Source: Eledone cirrhosa
Lineage: Eukaryota
Assembly (NCBI GenBank): GCA_964016885.1
Contig: OZ024742.1
Location: 202,058,001 to 202,122,000 of the forward strand
Direction of reading: 5' to 3'
DNA: 64,000 bases
Shown: piece after piece, positions 14,063 through 26,862 of the stretch
Layout of the letters: every line of letters begins with the position of its first letter
How positions within the stretch are numbered: position 1 is the stretch's first letter
Position numbers and translations under genes: made by a program
Notes under the pieces: model-generated
The model's input: only the letters and a program-made list of their open reading frames with translations
Databases searched by the model: none
Told to the model about the DNA's origin: nothing

Positions 14063-14926
14063 TGGTGGCTGCCAACTCGTTTTCGAGTACGGCCACTACT
14101 TTATATGTAGGAGAACCCCTACCGATACGCTGAACGAGTGTGACTTTTTAGTCCAGCCAGCGACTTGAGAACTCTGGTACAAACACTACACTTGTGACAA
14201 TTATTGACACATAGTGCTGGGCCCGTGGTACCATGTGACAACAAGTGCAGAGAGATCTCCAGATATAAAGCAATGCCTGTGCTGTGAAGCTTTTATAGTG
14301 AGCAAAGGCACTGCACAAAGCCAGTCCCACTCTCTTAACCAAGATGATATTTACCAAAAAGAAGAACAAGTCAACATCATTGGATACCATCAGAGTTGCA
14401 GGTGTTATATCAGAGTTTTCCTTCTCCTAGAATTCTGACTCTTAAGAGCTCCTTTGCCCTTTGACATGTGTTGTTTTTAGTCCTGCAGGATGTCCAAAGT
14501 CACCCTCCTCACCAAGAAACCTTCGTGGGTTTAGTCGCCAACGACCCGACCATGGGACAGGTTGTACTGGAATAGATGTTAGCAGTAGCACCAACTGGTG
14601 ACCTGACATAGCGGAGGGACGTTTTCTCAGCGGGACGCCGCTCTGCGACTTGCGGACACCGCGCGCCATCCAGCTTAACGGGAACGGGTCGCAACGACGG
14701 ATCGAAGGGGAAGTGCGTCCGATGCCGACACCCCGCGAATCGTAACGCCGGCGAGGCGGTCGGCGGTCGACCCGTCGAAACGAGAGACCGCCGCCGACGC
14801 GATCACCGACGACGACAGTGACTTCACGCCTACGACGGCGCGGAAAAAAGAAGAAAAAACGAAAGCGACGATCGCCGATGCAGCCGACCACATGCCGTCT
14901 TCTCCCCCAACCCTGACGCCGCCGGC
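14063..14926 (-). mobile_element. GC-rich non-autonomous retroelement (RTE-like 5' region) within a (CATA)n tract
   Basis: Sharp boundaries with (CATA)n on both sides; CpG-rich 14620-14926; ttggcgactaaaccc and agaggaaggaaaactctga resemble RTE 5' UTR motifs. Confidence 0.5.
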
Positions 14927-15989
14927 ATACATACATACATATATACATACATACATACATATCTCAATACAAATCTTGAGAAGCTGGGCTTCACAGGAAC
15001 AGGCAGAACACAACTAGTTAGGAAATTACAAGTACAATCCATTAATGGAACAGTAAAAGTATGTAAAACATTCCAAAACTTTTGCATCTAATACTGCATA
15101 TACACATGTACAACTAAAAACATCCACATCCACACATACAATAACATCCACATCTACACATGCAGGCATGCATACATATCTATCTAGTTGATGTTGTGTA
15201 AATTCCAATGAGAGAGTCTTGTGTCTATGTTAGAAACCGAGTCTCTCTCTATTGGCAACTAATTGTGAAATTATAAAACCAGAACATACATATGCACATT
15301 ACATACATTTTGAATGTTTAACATGAGATATTCGTTTTAAACAATAAAAACAAACCAAACAATCACATACTTAATAGGAAAATTAACGGAAAGTTTATGC
15401 CAAAATGTCTATCTGACAATGAGGTTGTGTTGTTGATATCATGCATAATATGATGTGTAGGCTGACCATCAATTATCTTTATTTTGTTTTGACGATGAAT
15501 CTTATCACTAGATTATGACATCCATCTAGTAAGTTGGTTTATTTTTGTTGTTATTGTTTCTGACAAGACCAGACAAGGGCAGTTAATTCATAAGTAGAGA
15601 GACGATTGAGTCTGTTTTCTCAGACAGATGTTATTGAATATCCGTCTATATAAACATTCGATGACTCGTATGACTTTAGATCAAACAGTCGAGCCTCTAT
15701 CTATACTTACACAGCTTGTGTAATTCTAAATATAATTTTGGGCAGTAGATTTACATATTGGGTGAAATACTACATATACATACACGAGTAATGATGGTTA
15801 AGATGTTTGAAATAACCAACACTAAGCCTCTTAGTCTTAACGAACCGCAAACACAGTAGCGTGGCCCTGGCCTCATAGCTTTGTGCAGTTCTAAAATTTC
15901 CTTAAAATAAACCCTGGTCTGTATATGCTAAATTGAATGACTAGAATTAGCAGCCAAATAACAGAAACAGAAAAATTGAAGAAAAAAAA

Positions 15990-16210
15990 ATGATGGTTTC
16001 TGATATAAGCTGAAGGCCAATTATTTTGGGGAGTTTGAAGTCGATGAAATCAACCCCAGTGCATAACTGGTACTTTATTTTATCGACGCCGTAAGGATGA
16101 AAAGCAAAGCTAACCTCGGCGAAATGTGGAGTCAGAAGCGAAAGGGCCGTAACTCTATGCCGCAAAACATGTTGTCAGACGTTCTAAAGATACTGCCAAT
16201 CGACCGCCCT
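15990..16210 (-). mobile_element. tRNA-SINE, full length
   Basis: Matches consensus from head (agggcggtcgattggcagtat) to tail. Confidence 0.9.
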
Positions 16211-16211
16211 C

Positions 16212-16400
16212 AATTATGGCACAAGGCACAATCCAGCAATTCGAAAGGGAGGGGAAAGTAGATTAAATTGACCTTTCATCGAACCACCCCGTAAGGATGA
16301 AAGGCACAGTCAACTTCAGCGGGATTTGAACTCAGAACGTAAAGGGCCATACCTCTATGCCTCAGAGCATAGTGTCTGACGCTCTACCGATACTGCCAAT
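16212..16400 (-). mobile_element. tRNA-SINE
   Basis: Matches consensus with an internal deletion. Confidence 0.85.
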
Positions 16401-16499
16401 ATAATAATAATAACACTGAAAGAAAGTATTTCAGGGAAACGATGTCGATGAAATATTATCGCTCACCACTTCAAAAATGATAAAAAAAAACAAGAATAG

Positions 16500-16605
16500 T
16501 AATAATTGTTTCTAATTTTGGCACAAGGCCAGCAATTATCGCAGTGTATTACTGGTACTTTATTTTATCGACCCCTTAAGGCTGAAAGGCAAAGTTAAAC
16601 TCGGC
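16500..16605 (-). mobile_element. tRNA-SINE 3' half
   Basis: Matches consensus. Confidence 0.85.
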
Positions 16606-16919
16606 CAATGGAAAGACCAATGGAAACATTGTTTCCTCGGTCCGATTTGACGAAAGTCGATCGTTCCTGAATATATATATATATTTAACTACTAAATAGT
16701 GCTTACGCCGCATTTTCACTAAGTAAATTAGTCTATTAGTTGTGATTTAAAGAAAAACATTAAAATGGTAGCACATTGATCCGGCAAACCAAAGATGTGT
16801 GTTCATGTCCCTTGTACATCAATGTTCATCTTTTTTTCTATTCGGATGGGTTTTTTAAACACCGCCCCCCCCCCCCCAAATCCCCGCAAAAAAAACAACA
16901 GCATATATATATAAAATGA

Positions 16920-17112
16920 TAATAATTGTTTCTACTTTTGGCATAAGGCCATCAATTATCCCAGCGCATTACTGGTACTTTATTTTATTGACCCCTTCAG
17001 GATTAAAGGCAAAAGTAACCTCGGCGGGATTTGAACTGGATCCGTAAAGGGGCGTAACTCTATGTTGAAAGAATGGCGTCCAACCCTGTACCGATAATGC
17101 CAATCCACCAGC
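16920..17112 (-). mobile_element. tRNA-SINE, full length
   Basis: Matches consensus. Confidence 0.9.
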
Positions 17113-17289
17113 GATATAAAATGATAATAATGATAATAATAATATATAAGAATATATTGGGGATAAAAAAAATACTTTTTACCCTATATTAAAGTAAAAG
17201 CATCGTTTTGCTTGGCATTCTTAATTTACTTTACGCTAATTCTACTATAGTATATTCTCTTCGTATTGTACTGACTTTACAAATGCATT

Positions 17290-17356
<67 letters not shown>

Positions 17357-17468
17357 AAGGATACTATTATGGTTATGTATATACTAAAACCTTTTATAGT
17401 TATATATATTTTATATATATTCTCTTGTGTTGGAAAGGAGGTCATGTATGTAAACAATCATTGAAAAA

Positions 17469-17517
17469 TTGCTCCGAATACACCAAACCTCGGTTTGGAC
17501 GAAACAATTGTAAGCTA
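17469..17517 (+). ncRNA. Degenerate hammerhead ribozyme in a ~200-bp insert between (TA)n tracts
   Basis: gct-CCGAATA-ca-ccaaacc tc ggtttgg-ac-GAA-ACAATTGT-A-agc; core has 2 mismatches to CTGANGA. Confidence 0.55.
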
Positions 17518-17550
17518 ATAAATGGTTTGAACAGAACTTTGATTCATGTA

Positions 17551-17621
<71 letters not shown>

Positions 17622-17626
<5 letters not shown>

Positions 17627-17684
17627 AAAGAGTCAGGTCCCCGACGCTGAGCTGCGGGCGTTCCGACAGCTAGATCCGATTTAG

Positions 17685-17688
<4 letters not shown>
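17622..17688 (-). mobile_element. Family B pLTR fragment (HHR 3' half) between (TA)n tracts
   Basis: Similar to 27570-27625 and 42493-42548. Confidence 0.65.
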
Positions 17689-17736
<48 letters not shown>

Positions 17737-18410
17737 AGAATTGTAAGCTATCGCCGTATTTTGACTAAAGAAATTAAAGAAATTATTTAGCCTGATAGTG
17801 GGGTTAAGAATCCTCGAAGAAATGGAAAAAGATGAGTATTAAGGTAAATATTCTTACTCGATATATATATATATATATGGGGGTGGGGTTGAATGTATGT
17901 GTGCAAAATGTAAACCGAAGCAACGAAGATGTAGTAAGAAAGGTAGATTTACGTTTCAGACAGTAGACATTCATCAGAAGATAGGATTCGAAATGAAAGA
18001 TGAAATATAAAGATAAACTGATCTCAGTGGAACTTAGAATGCAATACACATTTTATTCTACGCTCCAACAACTACTCCAATTCATCTTCCACTTCAATAT
18101 TGTTTTTAATAGATACCGGATATAAACAATTAGAAACATTTCCTGCAGAATGTATACGAGACACCACGTGATGGAGAATTAATGGAGTTCATTTATTCTA
18201 ATGAAAATATCATTGTATCTGTCACAAAAAACGATTACTACATTGATTAATACAGCCAACGAGGTGGAGAGCCTTTGTGCAGTCTTTTGTCATATTTGAA
18301 ATGGCAGCCATTTATATCTCCATCAACTCACACAATATTATTTTGATTTAAAGAAGTATACATGTATACGCTGGTCAATATCCTCTGCGATATATATATA
18401 TATATATATA

Positions 18411-19159
18411 TATAAGGAATTTATATCTAGTAACATTTATATACATACAGATGCATATCAATGCTAGCAAATATATAGGTTTTGTCTTATTAACAATGTG
18501 GTTCAATGCATGGGGTTGCAGAACAATAATATGAGAGACGTAAAATAAGAAAATTATAAAATTAACTTACTTAGTAAGTTAATTATAAAATTAACTTACT
18601 AAGTAAGTTAATTTTATAATTTTCTTATTTTACGTCTCTCATATTATTGTTCTGCAACCCCATGCATTGAACCACATTGTTAATAAGACAAAACCTATAT
18701 ATTTGCTAGCATTGATATGCATCTGTATGTATATAAATGTTACTAGATATAAATTCCTTATAATTATCTCCAATTCATTTGTCGAGCAATATTTGGCCAT
18801 GACTGCTACTATGGTAGTAAGCTGGCCGCTGTCTTAATAACCACTCGCTTTCCACTGATTGACCTCGATGTCACGTGATTGATTCTTTTTGAATTTGCCA
18901 CAGACGAAGAGGCAGTGATTTTCTCAATGGCTTGGATTCCAGTCCACGCTTCGCTATTTCCATTCCACTGAATTATTTTTCTAATAAGTTTCCAGTGTCC
19001 TCGCTATGCCTGGAGACCTATACGGAAAAAGACTTTCCTGATGACGGAATGATTTTCCATATGATTCTTCGGAAAATATATTTACTCCAATCCAGAAACT
19101 AATTAGTTGGAAGTGATTTTTTAGTAAGTAAGTTAATTTTATAATTTTCTTATTTTACG

Positions 19160-19167
<8 letters not shown>
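18411..19167 (+). mobile_element. Retrozyme/pLTR-like element: 352-bp palindrome plus terminally redundant ~525-bp unit
   Basis: 18411-18584 is the reverse complement of 18589-18762; agtaagttaattttataattttcttattttacgtctctcata occurs at ~18602 and ~19127; (TA)n on both sides. Confidence 0.85.
19032..19114 (+). ncRNA. Type I hammerhead ribozyme
   Basis: actttc-CTGATGA(19038)-cgga...tcca-GAA-ACTAATTAGT-T-ggaagt; stem I pairs, palindromic stem III. Confidence 0.85.
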
Positions 19168-19221
<54 letters not shown>

Positions 19222-19227
<6 letters not shown>

Positions 19228-19546
19228 GAAAAAACGGGGAAGTTTCGTTTAGATGTGAAAAATATTTATTGCGTACTGTTACGTACGTTTCGCACAGGAT
19301 TGGCTCAAGGTGACCCATTGGAGTTATGAACCCGACTGCAGTATCGATCTGCTCCTCAGACTGGTGATGCGACAAAAGATATATTTGTCGCATCACCCGT
19401 TTGTGGAGCAGATATGAAAATGGAGTCGGGTCCATGACTCCTATAGGTCACCTTGAGCCAATCCTCTGCGAAACACACGTCACAACTCGATACGCAATAA
19501 ATATTTTTCATATCTAAACGAAACTTCCTCGTTTTTTTCTATTATA
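19222..19546. mobile_element. Diverged fold-back element (family D)
   Basis: ~155-bp imperfect inverted arms centred near 19380; gcGAAAcacacgTC resembles an HHR 3' half; related fragment at 57648-57750. Confidence 0.8.
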
Positions 19547-19640
19547 TACACTCTGTCTGTGCATAGAGTGCTTGATTTGATACCAACACCAGTATTTCAC
19601 TGTACTACCTACACTATATATATATATGTATGTTTGTATG

Positions 19641-19734
<94 letters not shown>

Positions 19735-20250
19735 TGTTTATATATATATATATATATATATGCATGGCGAAAGGACGCGTGTCTTTTCTCTCGACCAGTC
19801 GGTCTTGAACTTAAGTTCTATTATCGAGTAGTCTTGGATCTCCTACCTATAGTTGCTCGTTCATTGCTCGGTTTCTGTGGGTTTTTTTGCTGTTTCTGTT
19901 TTTACTGCTTCTCTTTTCTTCCCCTGTGCTTCCCTTCCCTCCTTCGTTCGTTTTCCCAATAGCTTATCCAGTTATTGACGCCCTGGGGTGAAGTGGTGTC
20001 ATGTCTTTAAAGCGTAGAAATATCCTAGACCCCAGTAGACAACTGATGAGGAAAACTCCCCTCCCCCTGTTCTTGCTTTCTTTGTATTACCACTGCATTT
20101 TAAGTTACCTTAAAAAGCATCTACACAGCCATTTCTATTCTCTCTCTATATATATATAACAAAGTAATTATGGTAAGGTACCAGATGGACCATAACGCAC
20201 CAGAGTACTCACTACTTAGGGTAGTAGAGTGGGAAATAGGAAAAAGTATG

Positions 20251-20346
20251 ACCCCGACGGCAGAGCTCAAGCCGTTTCGACGGCTATTTCTGGACTAAAT
20301 TAGAATTTTTAGCCTGGTGAATTTTTAGCCGAATTTTTCAGGGGGT
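20251..20346 (-). ncRNA. Hammerhead ribozyme of the family B pLTR (core G>A)
   Basis: Minus strand acccc-CTGAAAA-ttcggcta...tagccgtc-GAAAcggc..gccgTC-ggggt. Confidence 0.7.
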
Positions 20347-21019
20347 ACTTCCTTATATGGGAAGATTGTAGTTGTCAAGAGGATTGGTTAAAATTTGTTG
20401 TAAACACAAATAAGTCTATCATGGTATTTGGTGGGAGGTAGGGGTGGCTGAACTTGCCTGTAGAACAATAGGGGAGTGGGTGGAGCGGTCAAGCGTTGAA
20501 AGAGATATGTATACATCAGATTCTAAGGATAAGGTATGAAGTGGAGGAGGGAGGTTATAGAATAGGTAAATCGAATGAGAGTAGGAGAGAATAAAAGATA
20601 ATAGAAATAAATAAAAAAAAATAAATTAGATAGTGAGAAATGAACAAAAAAAATCACACTGCTATCTTACAATAACAGGTTAAAGGTTGAGAATAGAAAA
20701 TACTTGTAGAAATTGAGTAGGACCAGAACTGATACAGAATTAAGGGGGTTTAGCACGTCTGCTATAAGTAGTTAGTAAAACGTATTCGGCCAATTCTATC
20801 TTAAAATTACAGGGGTGGGGGAACTGATACTACAGAGGCCCGATGGGCTGCATCGGGGTAGGCGAAGAGGAAAAGCAGACGAGGAAGAAAATAGGGGGTG
20901 GAAGGAAGTGATAGGATGAGACAGGATGAAGAAGAAGACAAAGAGGAAAAGAAAAGAAAAGAGATACATCTACCTAAGCAAGCTGGGGTTTCCCCTAACT
21001 TAATCGTATCAGCCCTTGT

Positions 21020-22170
21020 CTACTCACCCGGGTCTTTATGGGGTTTGAGGGCGAGATAAGTCCTACGCAATCTGTGTTTGCATGCGGTTACCAGTTCCTC
21101 TTTCTTGCTTAGGAGTTGGTCCTTCGAAAACAGCATTTGTAATGTTTCCTCCGAGCATAAGTTACACGGACGGCGTCCTCCCGTGTAAGAGTTAGATTTG
21201 GACAGTAAACTCCAAGTGAGATTGTAGGTTATATTATTATCTTGGAGGTCCCAGATGTGGCCCGAAAGTCTAGTGGCATGTCGCCGGACCGGGTTTTGGA
21301 AAGTATATCGGTGTTGGTAGAGTCGGGTCTTGAAGTCACACGCGGTTAATCCTATATAAGCTTTGTTGGAGGTGTCCGTCTTCACGTTGCACTGGTAGAT
21401 CACGTTACGTTCTCGGCATTTGTTGTTGAGAGGGAACGTAGATCTATCAGGGCAGTTACACCTCCTGGTCGGCTCTCCACTGATGTCTAGGTTATTTCTT
21501 CCATAGGTGTTGAGTTTTTTTGTTGTTTGAGGAGATGATGTTTTGTGCGAAGTTAGGTGTGGTGCTGTAGGAGAGTTTGATGGTGTTTTTGTTGATTATG
21601 TTGTGGTAGCGGTGTTGTAGTGGAAAGTCTTTTTCGAGGAGTCTAAAGAAAATTTTCCTGACAGGTGTTGCCACCTCGGCATTATGGGGAGGATTGAACC
21701 ACGTTACGTTGCGTTAGAGGGGGCGTCGCCTGCTGGATCCGCTAAGGGAAGCTGGATAAAAGGATATTTACTCCCGGAAGCCACTCCGCTTGAGGGCCTG
21801 GTTGTAATGAGGCGCGTGTTCGTCGAATATTTGCTCATTAGCGGACAAACGAGATATGCGGAGGGAGATGTTTTTAACCAGGTTATTGGTGATGTTTCTA
21901 GGATAGTTAGAGCGGCGATGGATGTAGTGCAAGTAGTCGTTTGGTTTCCTGTATGGGTAGTACAGATCATTTTCGAGGCTAAGGGTAACGTCCAGGAAAT
22001 TGAGTCGGCTTAGGGACGTTTGTAGGGTGATTTTAAATCCCCAGTCCCGGAAGAAGTTGATTAGTTTTGTTGTACAGAGAAGGGCATCTCGCCTTAGAAA
22101 GGAGATACGCGAGGGGCACCATCATGATATTCATAGTATCTTGGGTACTTTGAACTTAGCAGACCCCATC
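21020..22170 (-). pseudogene. PLE reverse transcriptase-GIY-YIG endonuclease ORF remnant (stops and frameshifts)
   Basis: NFLDVTL, YRKPN, WFNPP, INKNTIKLSYS, CNC..PL..KC, VIYQC..AYIGLT..FKTRLYQH..CNLCSEE..CKH. Confidence 0.92.
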
Positions 22171-22722
22171 TCCTCTCCAGGTCAAATAATATCCTATTTC
22201 TTACAAAGAGCAAAGATAGTGAGAGGGATAAAAAGAGAGAGCAGGAAGGCTATCTTAGGCAAGGTTTGAACTCAGTGAGTATTGACAGCGGGAACGAATA
22301 TCACATTATATCGGACGTTTTAATGACCCTGCCAATTGTATGTGTGTATACAGAAATAAGAAGAAAGTTAGGTATTTTATACAAAACTAATAACTAGCTT
22401 AAGCTAACAGGATTAACTTAATCCATTTACAAGTTGTCTATTATTTAGAATAAATCAAAATATTTCACAGCAATTATAACGATGATATTGTTACAGAATC
22501 TTGAATGTACAGGGATAGACACACACACACACACAAACGCACACACACACACATACACACACACACACACACACACAAGCGCCGCGCGCAGTCATACACA
22601 CTAATACACGCGGAAATATAATTACTCTTCAATGTTTACAACAAACCAAGAAAGATTTCTTTCATATATATATGAAAAAAATATATATATATAAGAGAGA
22701 GAGAGAGGGGGGGAGGAGAAAG

Positions 22723-22803
<81 letters not shown>

Positions 22804-22924
22804 ATGAAACTATAAATATGTTTATGAATAGTAAACCTATATAGGTCTTGGTATGTTTTAAGCATTGATCACGCCCCAGCTTATACTACATTATCATCAG
22901 CAGGTATTTATACGCAAAATCAAT

Positions 22925-23090
22925 ACGTGTTTGCTGTGCAGCCCGTGGCAGTGGAGACTTCTGGTGTCGTTGGCCCTAGTGCCACCTCCCTGCTCACCAC
23001 CATCGGCACAGGGTTGTCGTCCCGCAGGTGTGAGCCTCGCGAGCTTGAATGGCTGTTCCAGTGCGTCCCCCTTACCATCCTCCCGTGCGA
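22925..23090 (+). mobile_element. CRE/R2-like (RLE-type) non-LTR retrotransposon C-terminal fragment
   Basis: FAVQPVAVETSGVVGPSATSLLTTIGTGLSSRRCEPRELEWLFQ resembles the PxAxETxGxxG...PRxxxxLxQ C-terminus of such elements. Confidence 0.7.
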
Positions 23091-23204
23091 AGGACTGGTG
23101 TCCTTTCTATGGGAAACTCTTGTGCTCTCAGTCGCCGCACGCCATGAAACCGGAATAAGCGCCAGCCAAATGAACGTTCTGGCTTAAGACAAACTTTAGA
23201 CTTT

Positions 23205-23281
<77 letters not shown>

Positions 23282-23384
23282 GTGTGTTGGTCTGTTTTTG
23301 TGCGTTTGTAAGCAATGGTTGACCTAAGTAGAATTGGAAACATTTGAAATATGTGCATCTCAGCGCCGATTATTATAATGATAA

Positions 23385-23535
23385 GGACGCCATGCTTTAC
23401 AGCCTAGAGTTACGGCCCTTTATGACCTGAGTTCAAATCCCACCGAGGTTAACTTTGCCTTTCATCCTTACGGGGTCGATAAAATAAAGTACATTGGAAT
23501 AATTGCTGGCCTTGTGCCAAAAGTAGAAACAATTA
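23385..23535 (+). mobile_element. tRNA-SINE, 5'-truncated
   Basis: Matches consensus. Confidence 0.9.
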
Positions 23536-23574
23536 TATTGATAATTATCAGAAATATTCGACGAACGTATTGAA

Positions 23575-23660
23575 AACGTTGCCAGATTCGCCTGATTGGA
23601 TTTGAACCCCGCATCTCCTGGAAGCCGAGCAAGTGCATTAACTACAACACTAACAAGCTG
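23575..23660 (-). mobile_element. tRNA-like head of a different SINE, or a tRNA pseudogene
   Basis: Minus strand tagtgttgtagttaatgcac...GGTTCAAATCC; no intact cloverleaf. Confidence 0.5.
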
Positions 23661-23785
23661 TAGATCATGAATTTCTTCAATTTTGAAGATTTAAGACTGT
23701 AACTCGAAGCGTAGAGAATAGTTGAGTGAAGACACATTAGAAACATTTGTAATTTGAAATATGCACGTCCCAATGGAAGTGAATA

Positions 23786-24006
23786 TAATGGTTTCTTATA
23801 TAGACACAAGGCCAGCAATTTTGCATGAGGGCAAAGTCGATTAAATCGACCCCAGTGTGTGACTGGTACTTTATTTTATCGACCCCGTAAGGATGAAAGG
23901 CAAAGTTTACCTCGGCGGGATTTGAACTCAGATCATAAAGGGCCATAACTCTATGCTGAAAAGCATGGTGTCCGACGCTCTACCGATTCTGCCAAACCAC
24001 CGCCCT
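23786..24006 (-). mobile_element. tRNA-SINE, full length
   Basis: A box TGGCAGAATCGG, B box GTTCAAATCC, core and tail. Confidence 0.92.
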
Positions 24007-24217
24007 TTATGGAAGTGAATATAATGATAATAGTCTACCACTATAATTTATAGTTGGGGAAATCGGGAAATAAAATTAGACAAAGGGGTTTGTGAAAATT
24101 TAGGCCTGTACGTTAACCAATTCTTTAAAACGCGGCTGCCCACTGTTTCCTTGTAAGAGATTGGTACACACATTTCCATCATACATTTCCACAAGCCTTT
24201 TAAGTCAAACGGTAGTT

Positions 24218-24640
<423 letters not shown>

Positions 24641-25179
24641 TTGCACACAAACACATACACAAACACACATATATATGTATATAAATATATAAACACATAT
24701 ACATATATGTATATATATATATATTATGTGTGTGAGTGTGAGTGCGCATATGTATATGTACATATAGATATACATGAATACACACATATATAAACATCCT
24801 TAAACATCCACACTTATATACATATACACATGTCCATTACTGTAGCGTACTCTATTTACATTGGATTATTCAATCCGTCATCATGTCGTACGTTTCCAAG
24901 TTACTAAGCGTTTCTAAGTCCTTGTTTAGAATAGAGATGTGTTCAGATATTTGCACAATATCCATACAGTAGATTTATCAATATCATTTCATTCTTTTCT
25001 CTCTGATTCCACCTTTTTTTTCCCTTTTACTGGTTTTAGTCATATGACTATGGCCATTCTGTGGCAATTTGTTGAAATGATTTTACCGATCATATCGACC
25101 CATATCTGGTAGTTATTTATCTATCTCTCATTGATGAACCACTAAGTTACAAAATATAAAACAAGCTCAAACATACATT

Positions 25180-25555
25180 CAAACACACACGTATACGGAC
25201 ACATACGCACACTTATACGCGCACACATACATACACAAATGCACACGGACACACACGCACACTAATACGCACGCACACACACACACACACAATTGCACAC
25301 GGACATGGACATATACTCAGATGCACACAAACACGGACACATACCCACACTAATACGCACACACGCGCATACTAACACTCACACGCGCGCACACACACAC
25401 ACACACACAAATGCACACGAGCACGGACATATACTCAGACGCACACAATCACGGACACATACCCACACTAATACGCACGCACACACACGTACACACACAA
25501 ATGCTTACGAACACGCACACACACGTGCATACACACACACGCACTCGCACATACA
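25180..25555. repeat. CA-rich minisatellite with an ~118-bp higher-order unit
   Basis: cggacatatactcaga..gcacacaa.cacggacacatacccacactaatacgcac repeated. Confidence 0.75.
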
Positions 25556-26368
25556 ATGGAACAGGCCAGTAAATTTTCCTTATGCTTTGTTACACAATAT
25601 GTAGTTCGTCAAATTGTTTTAACGTTCACAAGAATCCATATTGATTTTGTTTTTATTGTTACTGTTAATATCTTCCCTATAATGGCAGTACTGATAAAAA
25701 GGTCAACCTGTAGTGGCTTTTTCCTCATTAATATAAACAATAGAGTTTCATTACTTAAGATTAACGTAACAACAAATTTATTTATTTCGTCAAGGAATAA
25801 ATCTGTTTTCATTTTCCTTTCATTTTCTTACTTTTTTTTTTGTGAGAAAAACGAGTACAGACAAATGGACGATGCCAGTATATTTATTGAACAAACATGT
25901 TTGATTCAATTCGATCCGCTAAAATTATCAGCCGAATTCAGACAGATTTTTTCCCGTTTAGCCAAGTAGGAAAAGGCAGTGTAAAAGTCATATTTAACCA
26001 ATATGGCGTAAAGAGTGTTCACGTAGCTTTGTGAATATGTAATCCTCTGGGAAAACTACAATATTAGTCAAACATCGGGTGGTTATTCACTATTTTGTTG
26101 AGGGAAATATTTAATTTTGCCATATTTGTATATCTATATACTCAAAGTTTATGTAATTTACACATTCACACAGTTTCGATTAACCATGTACTGCATATGT
26201 ACAGATACGTATTTATCAGATATTTCATTTGTTTAAGCTATATTGAAATTTACTACCAATATAAACCTTAATAATATGCACATAAGCACAAATGGATGTG
26301 ATATTTTAGCCGTAGTCAAACGTAGAAATAATTATAATTTCCTATCCTTGACTTTTTTTTATAATTTT

Positions 26369-26431
26369 CATTAACCTAATATATCCCTTCCATATACTGT
26401 ACCGATTGTGTTGTTATTTCTGTTTACCTTT

Positions 26432-26436
<5 letters not shown>
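26369..26436 (+). mobile_element. Family A pLTR 3' tip
   Basis: taacctaatatatcccttccatatactgtaccgattgtgttg as at 6540-6600, 33405-33470 and 62315-62380. Confidence 0.8.
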
Positions 26437-26515
<79 letters not shown>

Positions 26516-26538
26516 ATTATATATATATGATATGATAT

Positions 26539-26569
<31 letters not shown>

Positions 26570-26706
26570 TAGAAAGTGAGGTTTTTTTTACAAAATGAAA
26601 AATAACCGAGGTGTCCTACACGAGTGAAAGTATAAAGAAAAAGAGATGAAATCGAAAATGCAACTGAAGTCTTATTTTTTTTTTAAATATATATATTTAT
26701 TTGGTT

Positions 26707-26744
26707 CCTTTACCGGTTTCGCAGTTCTTCTGCTTTTCAAAAGG
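26707..26744 (-). ncRNA. Degenerate minimal hammerhead ribozyme in a ~200-bp insert between (TA)n tracts
   Basis: Minus strand cctt-TTGAAAA-gcag aagaa ctgc-GAA-ACCGGT-A-aagg. Confidence 0.6.
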
Positions 26745-26766
26745 TGAGTTGAGATGGAGGGTCTGT

Positions 26767-26821
<55 letters not shown>

Positions 26822-26862
26822 GATATCATATATATATGATATTATATATATATATATATATA

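Larger units (their letters stand above)
20157..22200 (-). mobile_element. 5'-truncated Penelope-like retroelement with family B pLTR
   Basis: RT C-terminus, linker and GIY-YIG; 3' UTR with HHR; ends in TA repeats. Confidence 0.92.

Noticed and set aside
14442-15087. Arg-rich ORFs suggesting bacterial contamination or gene transfer
   Set aside because: The ORFs start in microsatellite, show no recognisable domain, and the segment is continuous with retroelement-like sequence.
22820-22910. Additional hammerhead candidates (minus strand here; plus strand near 49565-49610)
   Set aside because: Cores and stems are too degenerate to support individually.
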